Assembly (NCBI GenBank): GCA_050287845.1
Contig: JBNKCR010000013.1
Span: 41,008-105,007, forward strand
Direction of reading: 5' to 3'
DNA: 64,000 nt
Source: Polyangia bacterium
GTDB lineage: Bacteria; Myxococcota_A; Polyangia; JAAYKL01
Part shown: positions 51,364 to 60,826 of the stretch, in pieces
Layout: each line of letters opens with the position of its first letter
Numbering within the stretch: position 1 is the stretch's first letter
Translations under genes and position numbers: made by a program
Notes under the pieces: model-generated
Told to the model about the DNA's origin: nothing
The model's input: the letters and a program-made list of their open reading frames with translations, nothing else
Database searches by the model: none

Positions 51364-51403
51364 CACCGGGAAAATTCCCGGTGTCAAACGGGGAATTTTC
51401 CCG
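51364..51403 (-). promoter_or_regulatory. Inverted repeat flanking a TTGACA (-35-like) element upstream of the ABC permease
   Basis: CGGGAAAATTCCC (51367-51379) and GGGAATTTTCCCG (51391-51403) bracket TGTCAA (51382-51387). Confidence 0.45.
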
Positions 51404-51442
51404 ATTGGTACTTTGAAGAACTTGAATTTGTATTTTTTTTAG

Positions 51443-53002
51443 TTAATGCCGCGATGCGGCAAAGCGGATATTCAGACCGAGAGCAAACATGGGGCCAGAA
51501 ATGACCACCCGTTCGGAATCGGTGTACGTTGCGTATTGGCGCCGTTTCTCACTCCAGATACCGGCAGCGCCGGCAGAGGCGGACAATCCGATGGACCCCG
51601 CATCCCCGTTGCCCCTCAGCCACGTGAACACGCCAATGGCGCCAAAACCGAACCCCATGACACCACCTCCCCCTTCCACAAACATATCGGTGTGCATCGC
51701 AAGCGGCCAGGTGATTCGTCCCGTCGTTCCCCCATAGATGAACCCCGTCGGATTGTCGTCATTTCTGCCGGCTCTGTAGTACAGCAGCGTATTGTTAACG
51801 GAAATATGAAGACCTTCCTGCGCCCCGAGACGAACCCGCTGGGTCAGCGAAAAAGCATGCCTGGTGGATTGTTCCCACTCAGGTTCACCTTCGGAACTGT
51901 CTCCAGCCTCTGTATATCCTATGCCAAACGAATTCATCATTTCAGAAAGGTTGCCATTGACGGATGTCAACCCGGCTCCAAGCCCCACTGCAAATGCGCG
52001 CCCGTTATACCCACCGCTGAGCAGCATGCTGTTGGAAACAACTTTACTGCCCTCGGTCCACCCGAACCCCAGGGGCTGGATACGAAAATCCACGAAGAAA
52101 TGGGGGGCCCAATACGCGGCGCTCAAATCGCAAAGCACACCAAAACCGCTTGCGCCGATATTGATAATCGGCCGTACTGTGGTGCTGACCTCGGCAAGTC
52201 CGTCAAACTTTCGCGGATACAGCAGACTTGCCTCATCGCGCCCCTGCACCTTTCGCACCTCGTCAGCTCTGAACACCCGATCGCCGCGCCAGATTCTGGC
52301 CAGACAACTGTTTTCATTCACCGCTTCCACCACCAGAACCGCCACCACCTGCTCCCCCACAAATCCGTCAACACCGGCGCCCGCCACATCCCCTGTGCGA
52401 TACACATTGAAGCGATCGCCGGCCTTTACCCCATCTCTGGCGCCTTTGTCCAGGGTCACCTTGCCGGGATATGTTGCAATAATGCCATATTTTACCAGCG
52501 ATGTGTGTCCCGACACCCCTGTGGGAGTTACCCCGGGGCCATTTTCCGGCCGGGGCAGAGAGCTCTGAACAACAGGGGTGATTGCCACCGGACCCGCGCC
52601 GGCATCGCTGCGGTAGAGGCGCACAGCGGTTGTGGAGTCTATTTTCATCCACAGCTCCCCCTCGATGTCCATCAGCGACGTCACCCTTCCATGGGATACG
52701 GGAATGACTCGCTGAATCTGTCCAGCCGCGTCCCCCGTCATTGGAATCACCGCCACACCATCGGCGCCCAGTGCCGCATAAAGAACGGCATTGCGCTCAT
52801 ACACGGACATCACCGTGTTTTCCACAATGGCTTTTTCCCCCATTGTATCCTCAATGAACAATGTACCGTTTTCCACCCGGTATCGCATTGTCGAATGGGC
52901 ATTGTCCGCAGTGAGGACATCCGCTGATTTCTGTTCCTGAGCGACAGATGGCAGGCTCCACCCTGAAATGAAGACAATAAACAGGCAGATACGGTTCAGC
53001 AT
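51443..53002 (-). CDS. Exported protein with C-terminal putative outer-membrane beta-barrel
   Basis: Signal peptide ending SVA; LDKGARDGVKAGDRF.V (FlgT-C-like) segment; Gly/aromatic-rich strands; divergent from the ECF operon. Confidence 0.55.
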   Translation of the reverse strand: MLNRICLFIVFISGWSLPSVAQEQKSADVLTADNAHSTMRYRVENGTLFIEDTMGEKAIVENTVMSVYERNAVLYAALGADGVAVIPMTGDAAGQIQRVIPVSHGRVTSLMDIEGELWMKIDSTTAVRLYRSDAGAGPVAITPVVQSSLPRPENGPGVTPTGVSGHTSLVKYGIIATYPGKVTLDKGARDGVKAGDRFNVYRTGDVAGAGVDGFVGEQVVAVLVVEAVNENSCLARIWRGDRVFRADEVRKVQGRDEASLLYPRKFDGLAEVSTTVRPIINIGASGFGVLCDLSAAYWAPHFFVDFRIQPLGFGWTEGSKVVSNSMLLSGGYNGRAFAVGLGAGLTSVNGNLSEMMNSFGIGYTEAGDSSEGEPEWEQSTRHAFSLTQRVRLGAQEGLHISVNNTLLYYRAGRNDDNPTGFIYGGTTGRITWPLAMHTDMFVEGGGGVMGFGFGAIGVFTWLRGNGDAGSIGLSASAGAAGIWSEKRRQYATYTDSERVVISGPMFALGLNIRFAASRH

Positions 53003-53275
53003 TGATTTTCTCCATGTGCGTTTCAGATGTAAGATAAATAGTTAACACACGTCGATAACAATATGGGAACAGAATTCGGTCAGACTCATACACTTCTGCG
53101 TTTCTTCGCCCAATCGACTGAACGACCATTCGGTCCAGTGATGAAATCCGCTCAATCGTCTACGCCGATTACTTCAGTATTTTTGAAGATTTTCCATCTG
53201 TGGCTGTATTTTCATGGCCCCAAAAAATAACAGGTCGACACTCCGTTGCAGTGATAGAAAAGGTCGATTATACTT

Positions 53276-53908
53276 ATGGAAATGTCGATAAAAAAAGAAG
53301 CGGCTAAACTTCGCCCCTTGTCCTATTCGCAGGATGATGCATCTCTGGTGGAAGGATTACGCGCAGGCCATGTGGGAGCAGGAACCGTATTCTACAATAG
53401 ATACGTCACTCATGTTCAACGCATTGTTACCCGGGTCATGGGCGTTGATGCGGAGTTGATGGATATTACCAATGAGGTGTTTTATCAGTCACTCCGATCG
53501 ATTCATACATTGAATGATCCGGAAAGACTGAAAGCATGGGTCACCCGAATCGCGGTGTTCACGAGTCGAAAATGGATTCGAAAGCGGAAAAGAAATAGCT
53601 GGTTGAAATTTTTACCAGCCGAGGAAGTACCGGAGTTCTCCTTAAAAGATAAGGAACCCAGAGAAAAAAATACGGCGAAAGCCGTGCGGGAGATTATCAG
53701 TAGAATGCCGGAGGCTGAACAGATTGTTTTTTCGTTGCGCTACATGGAGCAATTGCAGATTGCGGAAATCGCTGATGCCTGTGGCTACTCCCTTCGGACG
53801 GCTAAACGAAGACTGGTGTCGTGTGAAAAAAGATTTAAACGAATGGCAGAATCTGATCCCGATATCGCGTGCTGGCTGGAAGCAAGCGAAAAATGGAGAA
53901 ACAGATGA
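53276..53908 (+). CDS. ECF sigma-70 family RNA polymerase sigma factor
   Basis: DITNEVF, LKAWVTRIAV, VFSLRY.E.L..AEIA..CG.S..TAKRRL. Confidence 0.92.
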   Translation: MEMSIKKEAAKLRPLSYSQDDASLVEGLRAGHVGAGTVFYNRYVTHVQRIVTRVMGVDAELMDITNEVFYQSLRSIHTLNDPERLKAWVTRIAVFTSRKWIRKRKRNSWLKFLPAEEVPEFSLKDKEPREKNTAKAVREIISRMPEAEQIVFSLRYMEQLQIAEIADACGYSLRTAKRRLVSCEKRFKRMAESDPDIACWLEASEKWRNR

Positions 53909-55167
53909 AAGATTATGAAGCTTTATTATTAGAAGTGGCAAGGGACGAGGAAGCGCGTCTGTCCCAATTTGATACGGAAGCGGCTCGGGCCGCCTTCATC
54001 ATGGAAATTTCGCAATACCCATCCGGTTTTTTCGGAAAACGTCGCCGAATTCGCATAGCGGTACTCTCCGCCATGGCGGCCGCTGTTATATTGCTGGGCG
54101 TCAGTTATTTTATTTTCAGCAATTTCAGTTTCGATACCGGAACGATAAGCAGTGACGCCCATCGATGGGTCAAAGTCGGACCGGACGACAGTGAACAAAT
54201 CAGTCTTGAAGATGGTACACAGGTTGTCTTTTTGCCGAATTCCACGGGACGCATTTCTCAGAATGTCACTCATCGTGGCGAGGTAAGTCTGGAAAACGGC
54301 CGGGTAACTCTGGCGGTCCCTCATCTACGGGATACAAACTGGAAAGTATTTGCCGGTCCTTATAAAGTTGCGGTTACCGGAACAAAATTTGAAGTGCGCT
54401 GGGATCCGCAGTCCAGTGATTTAACGGTGAATGTTTTTGAAGGGTCGGTTGTTGTAACCGGGCCGTTACTGGAAACTGGACATGCTGTGACCAGCAACCG
54501 TTCGTTGTCCGCAAACCTTCAGCAATCCAGCGTACGGATGACGCCGGTGGATCCTTCTCTGGAGAATCAGCAGCATACGGATACGGGAACCGGCAGTAAA
54601 CAACGGTCCACTGTTCGCTCCGGCAGGAAATCTGGAACACGCGGGGTGTATTCGCGCTTGTCCAACGCCGCCCAGAAGAATCGGAAAATGGAATCGATTG
54701 ACCCCCTTGAATGGGTGACATATGCTAAGAATGGTCAATACGATAAAGTATCTGAAATCATTCAGTCAACGGGACTGAATCGAATGCTGAAGGACGCACC
54801 GCCATCCGCCTGGCTCATCCTCGGAAACGCTGCCCGTCAATCCCGGGACTTCAATACGGCGCGAACGGTGTACAGCAACCTGCGCGACCGCTATCCGAAT
54901 TCCGGGCACGCTACCACCGCTGCGCTTTATCTTGGCAGAATGGCGTTTGACCAACAGCATCAATATGCGGTAGCCGCAAAATGGTTCAAAATATATTTAA
55001 GCGAACAGAAAGGCGGCACATTGCACAGAGAAGTGCTTGGCCGTTTGATGGAAACCCAGTATAAAGCGAATATGTACAGTGACGCGAAACACACCGCCAC
55101 AAAATATCTGGAGCAATATCCGGAGGGCCCTCAAGCGGGCCGCGCACGGGAACTCTCCGGAAAATGA
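53905..55167 (+). CDS. FecR-domain anti-sigma factor with C-terminal TPR
   Basis: One TM; LEDGT.V, V.VTGTKFEVRW, V.VFEG.V.V; TPR-like tail YLEQYPEGP; ATGA overlap with the sigma gene. Confidence 0.85.
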   Translation: MKDYEALLLEVARDEEARLSQFDTEAARAAFIMEISQYPSGFFGKRRRIRIAVLSAMAAAVILLGVSYFIFSNFSFDTGTISSDAHRWVKVGPDDSEQISLEDGTQVVFLPNSTGRISQNVTHRGEVSLENGRVTLAVPHLRDTNWKVFAGPYKVAVTGTKFEVRWDPQSSDLTVNVFEGSVVVTGPLLETGHAVTSNRSLSANLQQSSVRMTPVDPSLENQQHTDTGTGSKQRSTVRSGRKSGTRGVYSRLSNAAQKNRKMESIDPLEWVTYAKNGQYDKVSEIIQSTGLNRMLKDAPPSAWLILGNAARQSRDFNTARTVYSNLRDRYPNSGHATTAALYLGRMAFDQQHQYAVAAKWFKIYLSEQKGGTLHREVLGRLMETQYKANMYSDAKHTATKYLEQYPEGPQAGRARELSGK

Positions 55168-56192
55168 TATTCAACCCGCTCGTTCTTTTTTCGTTCTTTC
55201 TTACCTCACTGCTCTTCTGTTCCAACGCACTCGCCGCAAACCGCGTGGTGATATTGCGCAACACTGCGCCCAATCTGGCGGAGGAACTGGTTCGCGAGCT
55301 GGAGGCATCGGGATTCGAAGCGGAAATCATAGATGACACACCGGACGACGCACTGGAAGAGATTGCCGGCAGAAACAACGCCTCCGCAGCCATTCGCCTG
55401 AATCTGAAAGGAAAGCGGGTCGAGGTCTGGGTGGCCGATCGGATAACCGGAAAAATCGTTGCCCGGACTGTGGAGTTGAATCCGGGCGGGGAACCGGAAA
55501 ATTCAATCGTTGTCCTTGCAGCAGTGGAACTGCTTCGGGCCAGTCTGATGGAAATATATTCCCCCCAGAAGCCGGAAGGAGATGTGCCCATCGCAAAAGA
55601 AACCCGAAGTTTCGCTAAGCCCGTTCCCGTTGAACCGGCCGACAACAAAATATCGGCCGGATTCTTCTCCCTTGGATTCGGTGGCGGTTTTGTGGGAAAA
55701 GCGGATGGCATCGGCGCCCATGGCGTTGCCACATTCACATTACAGCTGGCTGGGCGGTTTCAGTTCGGCGTTCTCGGTCATTTTACCTTCTTCCCCCATT
55801 CGGTCAGTGCCGATGAGGGCGCCACGTACCTGTATCCCATTCTGGCAGGCCTGCATACGATTGTCCTGATGCGATCGCCATCAAGACGGTTTCGCCCGTT
55901 TGCGGGATTGGGCATGGGGACGCTTATCTTTCTGTCCAGGGGGAAAGCCGCAGAAGATATCGTCCTCGAAGACAGCGTCCTTCGGGAGCGACGGCAAACG
56001 GCGATTGTTCCTGTGCTTTTCGCCAAATGCGGTATGCTGCTTCGGCTTAACCGCCATCTGTTGCTTCGCATTGATATTGCTTTGGGCATTCCCACGGCAC
56101 TGACACGAATAGAAATCGCGGACAACACAGTAGCGCGAATCGGTCGCCCCATCATACTTACCAGCCTGATGCTCGATATTGCCATATGGTAG
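55164..56192 (+). CDS. Exported protein with N-terminal alpha/beta domain and C-terminal putative small beta-barrel
   Basis: Signal peptide ending ALA; LAAVELLRASL motif; ends MLDIAIW (terminal aromatic); ATGA overlap with FecR gene. Confidence 0.65.
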   Translation: MIFNPLVLFSFFLTSLLFCSNALAANRVVILRNTAPNLAEELVRELEASGFEAEIIDDTPDDALEEIAGRNNASAAIRLNLKGKRVEVWVADRITGKIVARTVELNPGGEPENSIVVLAAVELLRASLMEIYSPQKPEGDVPIAKETRSFAKPVPVEPADNKISAGFFSLGFGGGFVGKADGIGAHGVATFTLQLAGRFQFGVLGHFTFFPHSVSADEGATYLYPILAGLHTIVLMRSPSRRFRPFAGLGMGTLIFLSRGKAAEDIVLEDSVLRERRQTAIVPVLFAKCGMLLRLNRHLLLRIDIALGIPTALTRIEIADNTVARIGRPIILTSLMLDIAIW

Positions 56193-56213
56193 GAGAGCAG
56201 GCATCGTGGGGAG

Positions 56214-58244
56214 TCAATTCGCCGACTTCCGTTTGTACACTGTAATCCCGTTTTCCTTAAAAACGCGTTCGTAATTCCGGGTATCCCGGAGCATTCTGAG
56301 AAACTCTCTGCGTCGCTTCACCTTGTCCTTTCTATGCAGATGAAACTTCAGGTCCTTGTCCCAGATAATGCCATAGTCCGGATCCTCAAAGCGATAGCCC
56401 AGTTTTTCGGTGGACCAGATTCGGCTGCGGGCGGAGAAATGGGAAATCAGGTGCTCAGACGCCAGCACCGAGGCGTCGCGGGGAATCGTTGTCTCCAGCT
56501 TCGCCACCGTTTTTGCGCTTGCCTGCAGCGTCTCATCCGATGTGCGGATGAGTTGGGTAAACCCCGCCCGAAACGATGGATTGGGCCAGAAAATGCCGTA
56601 TGCGACCGACATGGTGAACACCGCGAACAACACCCCAATCAGAAGTGCGCCCCGCAATCGGATTGCGTCCAGATTGAACGTTCGGGCAATCCGCCCTCCG
56701 GTCACATTCCCGATAGCCGTTGGCAATGACGCGAACATGAGTGGCAGCCACCAGGTGGAGTACTGCATTGATATGCTGTGCATCCGGCTCATTGATCCGG
56801 TGAGGGTCATCACCAGACCGAAAACAAAAAGCAGTCGATATTTGCCGGAAAAAATCGGCAGAAACATGAGTGGCACAAGAAGTTGAAAGAGATAAACGAT
56901 TTTCCCCTCAGAAAGCAGATACTTGAGCAAATACATTGGATTGCTCACTACGGTCAGCGCAAGACTCGACAGCACCGAGTGATCTTCGGTGCTGACTTTG
57001 TCGAAGTACATGGTGTATGAAATTGCCCGGGCAAATATGGTCAGGTACACGATGGCACCGTATGCCAACGGAACAAGAATCGCCACCAGGGCAACCCGTC
57101 GGGGCTTTTTACTGATGTACGCATAGAGACCGATAAGCAGGACAATGGCGCTCATGTCCTCCCGGGTGAGAAGCAACAGGACCAATGCCACAAAAAATCG
57201 CTTGAATGCGCCTGATTCGAGAAAATGCATACACCAGAGCATCAGCGGCCCCCCCAGTACCAGCGAATGAAACTCATAAACGGTGGGGCCATGAAAAACC
57301 GGGTGCAACAGGTACGCGATTACCAGAACCACCCCCAACCACTCATTGCGTCCCTGCCGCGCGCCCAGAAGATACAGCGGGACAGCGCCAGCGGCCACCC
57401 AGCCACAGAGCAGACTCATCAGAATCTCGGGTTCCGCACCCTGACGAATCAGCAGCACGGGGGAGAGCAGAATCAGAATCGGGTCAAAATGTCTGGACGC
57501 GTGGGTGCCTTCCCGCGTCAGCGAGCATGCCAGCAAATCGCCGTGAAGACTGTGCCATATCGTGTTGATGTACAGTCCGAAGTCCCATCCCGCGGTTCCC
57601 AGATGGGTGTGATGAAAAATGGCCATTCGCGCGAGAGTCACAGCCCATGCGGTCGCGAGCACCGTGACAATCAGAAGCGGAACCAGACGCCGAACCCGTT
57701 CGCGGGCAGCGAAAAACTTGCCGATTCCGGGGATGGCATACGCCGCCCACATGGCGATGCCTCCGCTGATAGCGCACAGCAGAATGGTGAAAAAAGGCGC
57801 ATCTCCGGTATCCGGATGCGGCAGGATATAAAAATAAATGGGAACAACCACAAGTACTGAGGCAAACCGGTTCACGTTGCGACAGAACGCGACGAATCCG
57901 GGATTTCTGTGACGGACAAACACAATGTACCCCGTCACGCAGAGAAAAAAGAAAATCAGCGAGGAGACAATGGAATACACGGCAGTAAACGTATAATTGA
58001 TTTCATTATTGTGGATATTGTCCAGCTGGCCCATGTAACTGAGTTGCCAGATAGCGAGTCCAGGAAGCATGCCGATGAGCAGGGTCCATGGCAGCCAGTT
58101 CACCAGCGAAAGGGCCACGTCCATCATTCTGGAAAGTCCGTCTTCGGCAACCTGAAGAACACGTTCAACAGGCGCCACATCCTCCGGGATTCCGTCCGAA
58201 GGCTTCTTTGCGTTCATATTTTTCTGTGAATCTATTGGCATCAT
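56214..58244 (-). CDS. DUF2079 family polytopic membrane protein (predicted GT-C glycosyltransferase)
   Basis: WDFGLY.N..W, HFDPIL, GAVPLY, YEFH, RED, IP.DASV.AS..L..H.S.R. Confidence 0.8.
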   Translation of the reverse strand: MMPIDSQKNMNAKKPSDGIPEDVAPVERVLQVAEDGLSRMMDVALSLVNWLPWTLLIGMLPGLAIWQLSYMGQLDNIHNNEINYTFTAVYSIVSSLIFFFLCVTGYIVFVRHRNPGFVAFCRNVNRFASVLVVVPIYFYILPHPDTGDAPFFTILLCAISGGIAMWAAYAIPGIGKFFAARERVRRLVPLLIVTVLATAWAVTLARMAIFHHTHLGTAGWDFGLYINTIWHSLHGDLLACSLTREGTHASRHFDPILILLSPVLLIRQGAEPEILMSLLCGWVAAGAVPLYLLGARQGRNEWLGVVLVIAYLLHPVFHGPTVYEFHSLVLGGPLMLWCMHFLESGAFKRFFVALVLLLLTREDMSAIVLLIGLYAYISKKPRRVALVAILVPLAYGAIVYLTIFARAISYTMYFDKVSTEDHSVLSSLALTVVSNPMYLLKYLLSEGKIVYLFQLLVPLMFLPIFSGKYRLLFVFGLVMTLTGSMSRMHSISMQYSTWWLPLMFASLPTAIGNVTGGRIARTFNLDAIRLRGALLIGVLFAVFTMSVAYGIFWPNPSFRAGFTQLIRTSDETLQASAKTVAKLETTIPRDASVLASEHLISHFSARSRIWSTEKLGYRFEDPDYGIIWDKDLKFHLHRKDKVKRRREFLRMLRDTRNYERVFKENGITVYKRKSAN

Positions 58245-58535
58245 TTGATCTCGTGTGAATTCTCTGTGAGCTGAATTACCTATCAGCTTTCCCGGCGATT
58301 TTCCAGTCGGGATTTATCGGAATATGTTTTTATCGTTCCCACATCCCGGGAATGTCACCGAAGCAGAAAAAAACAAAAAACGTTGTCTCTTGCAACGCCT
58401 GCGCGCCAGTGAAAAAGATACGCTTATACGGATTCGATTCTACCACTTTTCACAGCAGAAAGAGACAAACGCTGCATTGCGGTTTGCCGCCATCCCGGCA
58501 GTGGGTATTGCCCTGACAACATCACACCGCCCAAA

Positions 58536-59222
58536 TCACTTCGAGTATGGCTTCACAAAAGCCGATGCCACATATCTGGCATCAAAGTGACTCGCGCCAA
58601 AAGGAAATGTCTCTCCATGTTTGAATGCCCCCCAGTTGTCCAGCAGTATCCCGCGCCATTTCGCTTTTTCTTTGGCAAACAGGTCGAACTCAATTCGCGC
58701 TCTTTTAAAATCCAGAAACGTCCGCGTTTTCGGGTAACAGGCTTTGTACCACGCTTCTTTCGCCGAAAAAATGGCCATTGCGGCCCGCTTCCGGGCAGCA
58801 ACCGATAGCTGCGCCAGCCAGTCGAGTTCCTCGGCTACGCACACATATGATATCATATCATTGCTGAGTTTGCGCTCTTCGTATTCCTCGATATCGATTC
58901 CGAGGAACTGAACATCATTGGTGCTGGCCACCGCCGCTGCGCAATATGAATTGCAATGGCTGATAGAGCCCACAATCATTTCAGGCCACCTCGGACTGCG
59001 GTCGTCATTGGCCGGTATCGTTACCTCCGGATACCCGAGTGACCGAAGCGCATCCCGCGCCAGATTTCGCCCCATGGCAAATTCCCTTCGCCGTTTTTCT
59101 ACTGCCCGGCTGAGCAGTCGCTCCTCTTCGGACAGCACTGGCAATGGCGGCTTCGTCACGTCTATCTCCGCTTCCCTGACGTGGACCGTCTGGACATCCA
59201 ACAACCCCAAAAACAATCCCAT
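58536..59222 (-). CDS. 4'-phosphopantetheinyl transferase (EntD-like)
   Basis: AVEKRRREF..GR..AR.AL, P.WP..IVGSISH, LGIDIE, FSAKEA.YKA. Confidence 0.92.
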   Translation of the reverse strand: MGLFLGLLDVQTVHVREAEIDVTKPPLPVLSEEERLLSRAVEKRRREFAMGRNLARDALRSLGYPEVTIPANDDRSPRWPEMIVGSISHCNSYCAAAVASTNDVQFLGIDIEEYEERKLSNDMISYVCVAEELDWLAQLSVAARKRAAMAIFSAKEAWYKACYPKTRTFLDFKRARIEFDLFAKEKAKWRGILLDNWGAFKHGETFPFGASHFDARYVASAFVKPYSK

Positions 59223-59360
59223 ACTTTCGCTTCTCCTTCAGATATGGCATTCGCTTGTCGCGTTGCAGGTACTGCTGCGTAAAGCAACCTGCATCTTCCC
59301 GACGCATAATATATGAATTTCAGGATGATCGGAACTGATCAGTTCCGGGATGGATTCCTG

Positions 59361-60812
59361 TTACTCCACGAAGATGATCGGCCGACAACCGAAGGAGGCG
59401 GAAACAGCGTCCCATTCTTTCACACCGTGCTGCATTTTCAGTTTGGAGCAGGCGTTCTGGCACAGCTTCACTCTCACACATTTGGCGGTATCCGTGATTT
59501 CCTCAATCTTGCCCCAGGATTCTCCTTCGTGCTCAGCCCAGGTCCATCCCAACTGGGACCGTGCATCCGCGGAATTGGGATTTTCATCGCCGCAACTTTC
59601 CATGTACGTGACTTCCAGTTTATCACCGCCCTCGGGAGGCACGCCGAAAACCCGCATCTGGGAACAGGACTTGATGACGTCGAATTTGGTGTTGGGATCC
59701 ACTGCGGGAATTTCTGCCCAGTCCACATCGAAGACACAACTGACGGTTTCGTTAATCACGTCTTCAAACACACCGCTGAGAGTGTCAGCATCTGCCGCCG
59801 GATAATACCAGTTTCCTCCCCCCGGCGGGGCAGGAATATCGTAAAAATCAGACTCGTTGCCTGTTGGCACGTGGATGCCCCAGTAAGCAATCACATCCAT
59901 CACTTCCGAAAACTCAGCCACATCTTTGCCCACACCAACCACCAGCGTCTTGAATCCGGCACCGGCAAGCTCATAAACCGCATGGGCGGAGTCCCGGTCA
60001 TCCAGACACATCACCGAATCGGTGGCCGGAATTCCCACTGTGGCCGTTTCGCATTCCTTCCAATCCAGGTTGAAATTGCATCCCGGAGCGCCGTCCGTGG
60101 CCAGCAGCACGTAGGTTTCATTTTCGAATTGCTGGGATTCCAGGTATGCTTTGGCCCATTGCAGCGTTTTTGAAATCGGTGTGCCACCGCAATTGCCTAC
60201 CGTTTCAAGCACTTCCTTAATCTTATCATAGGTGTCCATGGTAATGGTCGGTGCGAAAGGCACCAGCGGATCATTGTACCGCATATCTGCCGAGGTAAAT
60301 TGACTGGCGGCTTGACAGGTAATGGTGAAATCCTGATCCTCCGGGGCTCTGTTGCCATATTCCACATCGCACATGTCTGGCGCGGGAAATACATTCAATG
60401 CAAAATTGATAATTTCGGACTTCGTGTTCTGCTCCACAATGGCTTCAATGGCTTCCTGCACCACATCCGCATATTTTTTCTCGGCATCTGCCGGATATTT
60501 CTCCATGGATTTGGATCGGTCGAGAAGCACCAGCAGGTTGATGGGCTTCACTTCAACGTTCCAGGGAAAATCCACACATTCCGCAGGGTTGGTATCACTA
60601 TCGTTGTCCCCGTCCGAGTCGCTGTCCGAATCCGTGTCGGTATCGCCATCCGTGTCCGCGTCGGTATCGGCATCGGTATCTGTATCCGCATCCCCGCTCG
60701 AAGTGGTTCCATCGGTTTTGGCGCCTTCGCTGTTTTCACACGCCAATCCGGATACCGTCAGTAAAAAGCCAAAAAGAATAAAGCCGTATAAATAATTCAT
60801 ATTCATCCTCAT
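59361..60812 (-). CDS. VWA-domain lipoprotein (CglB-like), Cys-rich, with Asp-rich linker
   Basis: Lipobox GLAC; MIDAS LLDRSKSM, GGTP, LLATDGAPGC; ends SFGCRPIIFVE. Confidence 0.8.
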   Translation of the reverse strand: MRMNMNYLYGFILFGFLLTVSGLACENSEGAKTDGTTSSGDADTDTDADTDADTDGDTDTDSDSDSDGDNDSDTNPAECVDFPWNVEVKPINLLVLLDRSKSMEKYPADAEKKYADVVQEAIEAIVEQNTKSEIINFALNVFPAPDMCDVEYGNRAPEDQDFTITCQAASQFTSADMRYNDPLVPFAPTITMDTYDKIKEVLETVGNCGGTPISKTLQWAKAYLESQQFENETYVLLATDGAPGCNFNLDWKECETATVGIPATDSVMCLDDRDSAHAVYELAGAGFKTLVVGVGKDVAEFSEVMDVIAYWGIHVPTGNESDFYDIPAPPGGGNWYYPAADADTLSGVFEDVINETVSCVFDVDWAEIPAVDPNTKFDVIKSCSQMRVFGVPPEGGDKLEVTYMESCGDENPNSADARSQLGWTWAEHEGESWGKIEEITDTAKCVRVKLCQNACSKLKMQHGVKEWDAVSASFGCRPIIFVE

Positions 60813-60826
60813 GCTGTCCCCGATAA

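Noticed and set aside
51446..52927. 493-aa antisense ORF
   Set aside because: Shadow of the 51443..53002 gene, which has a signal peptide and RBS
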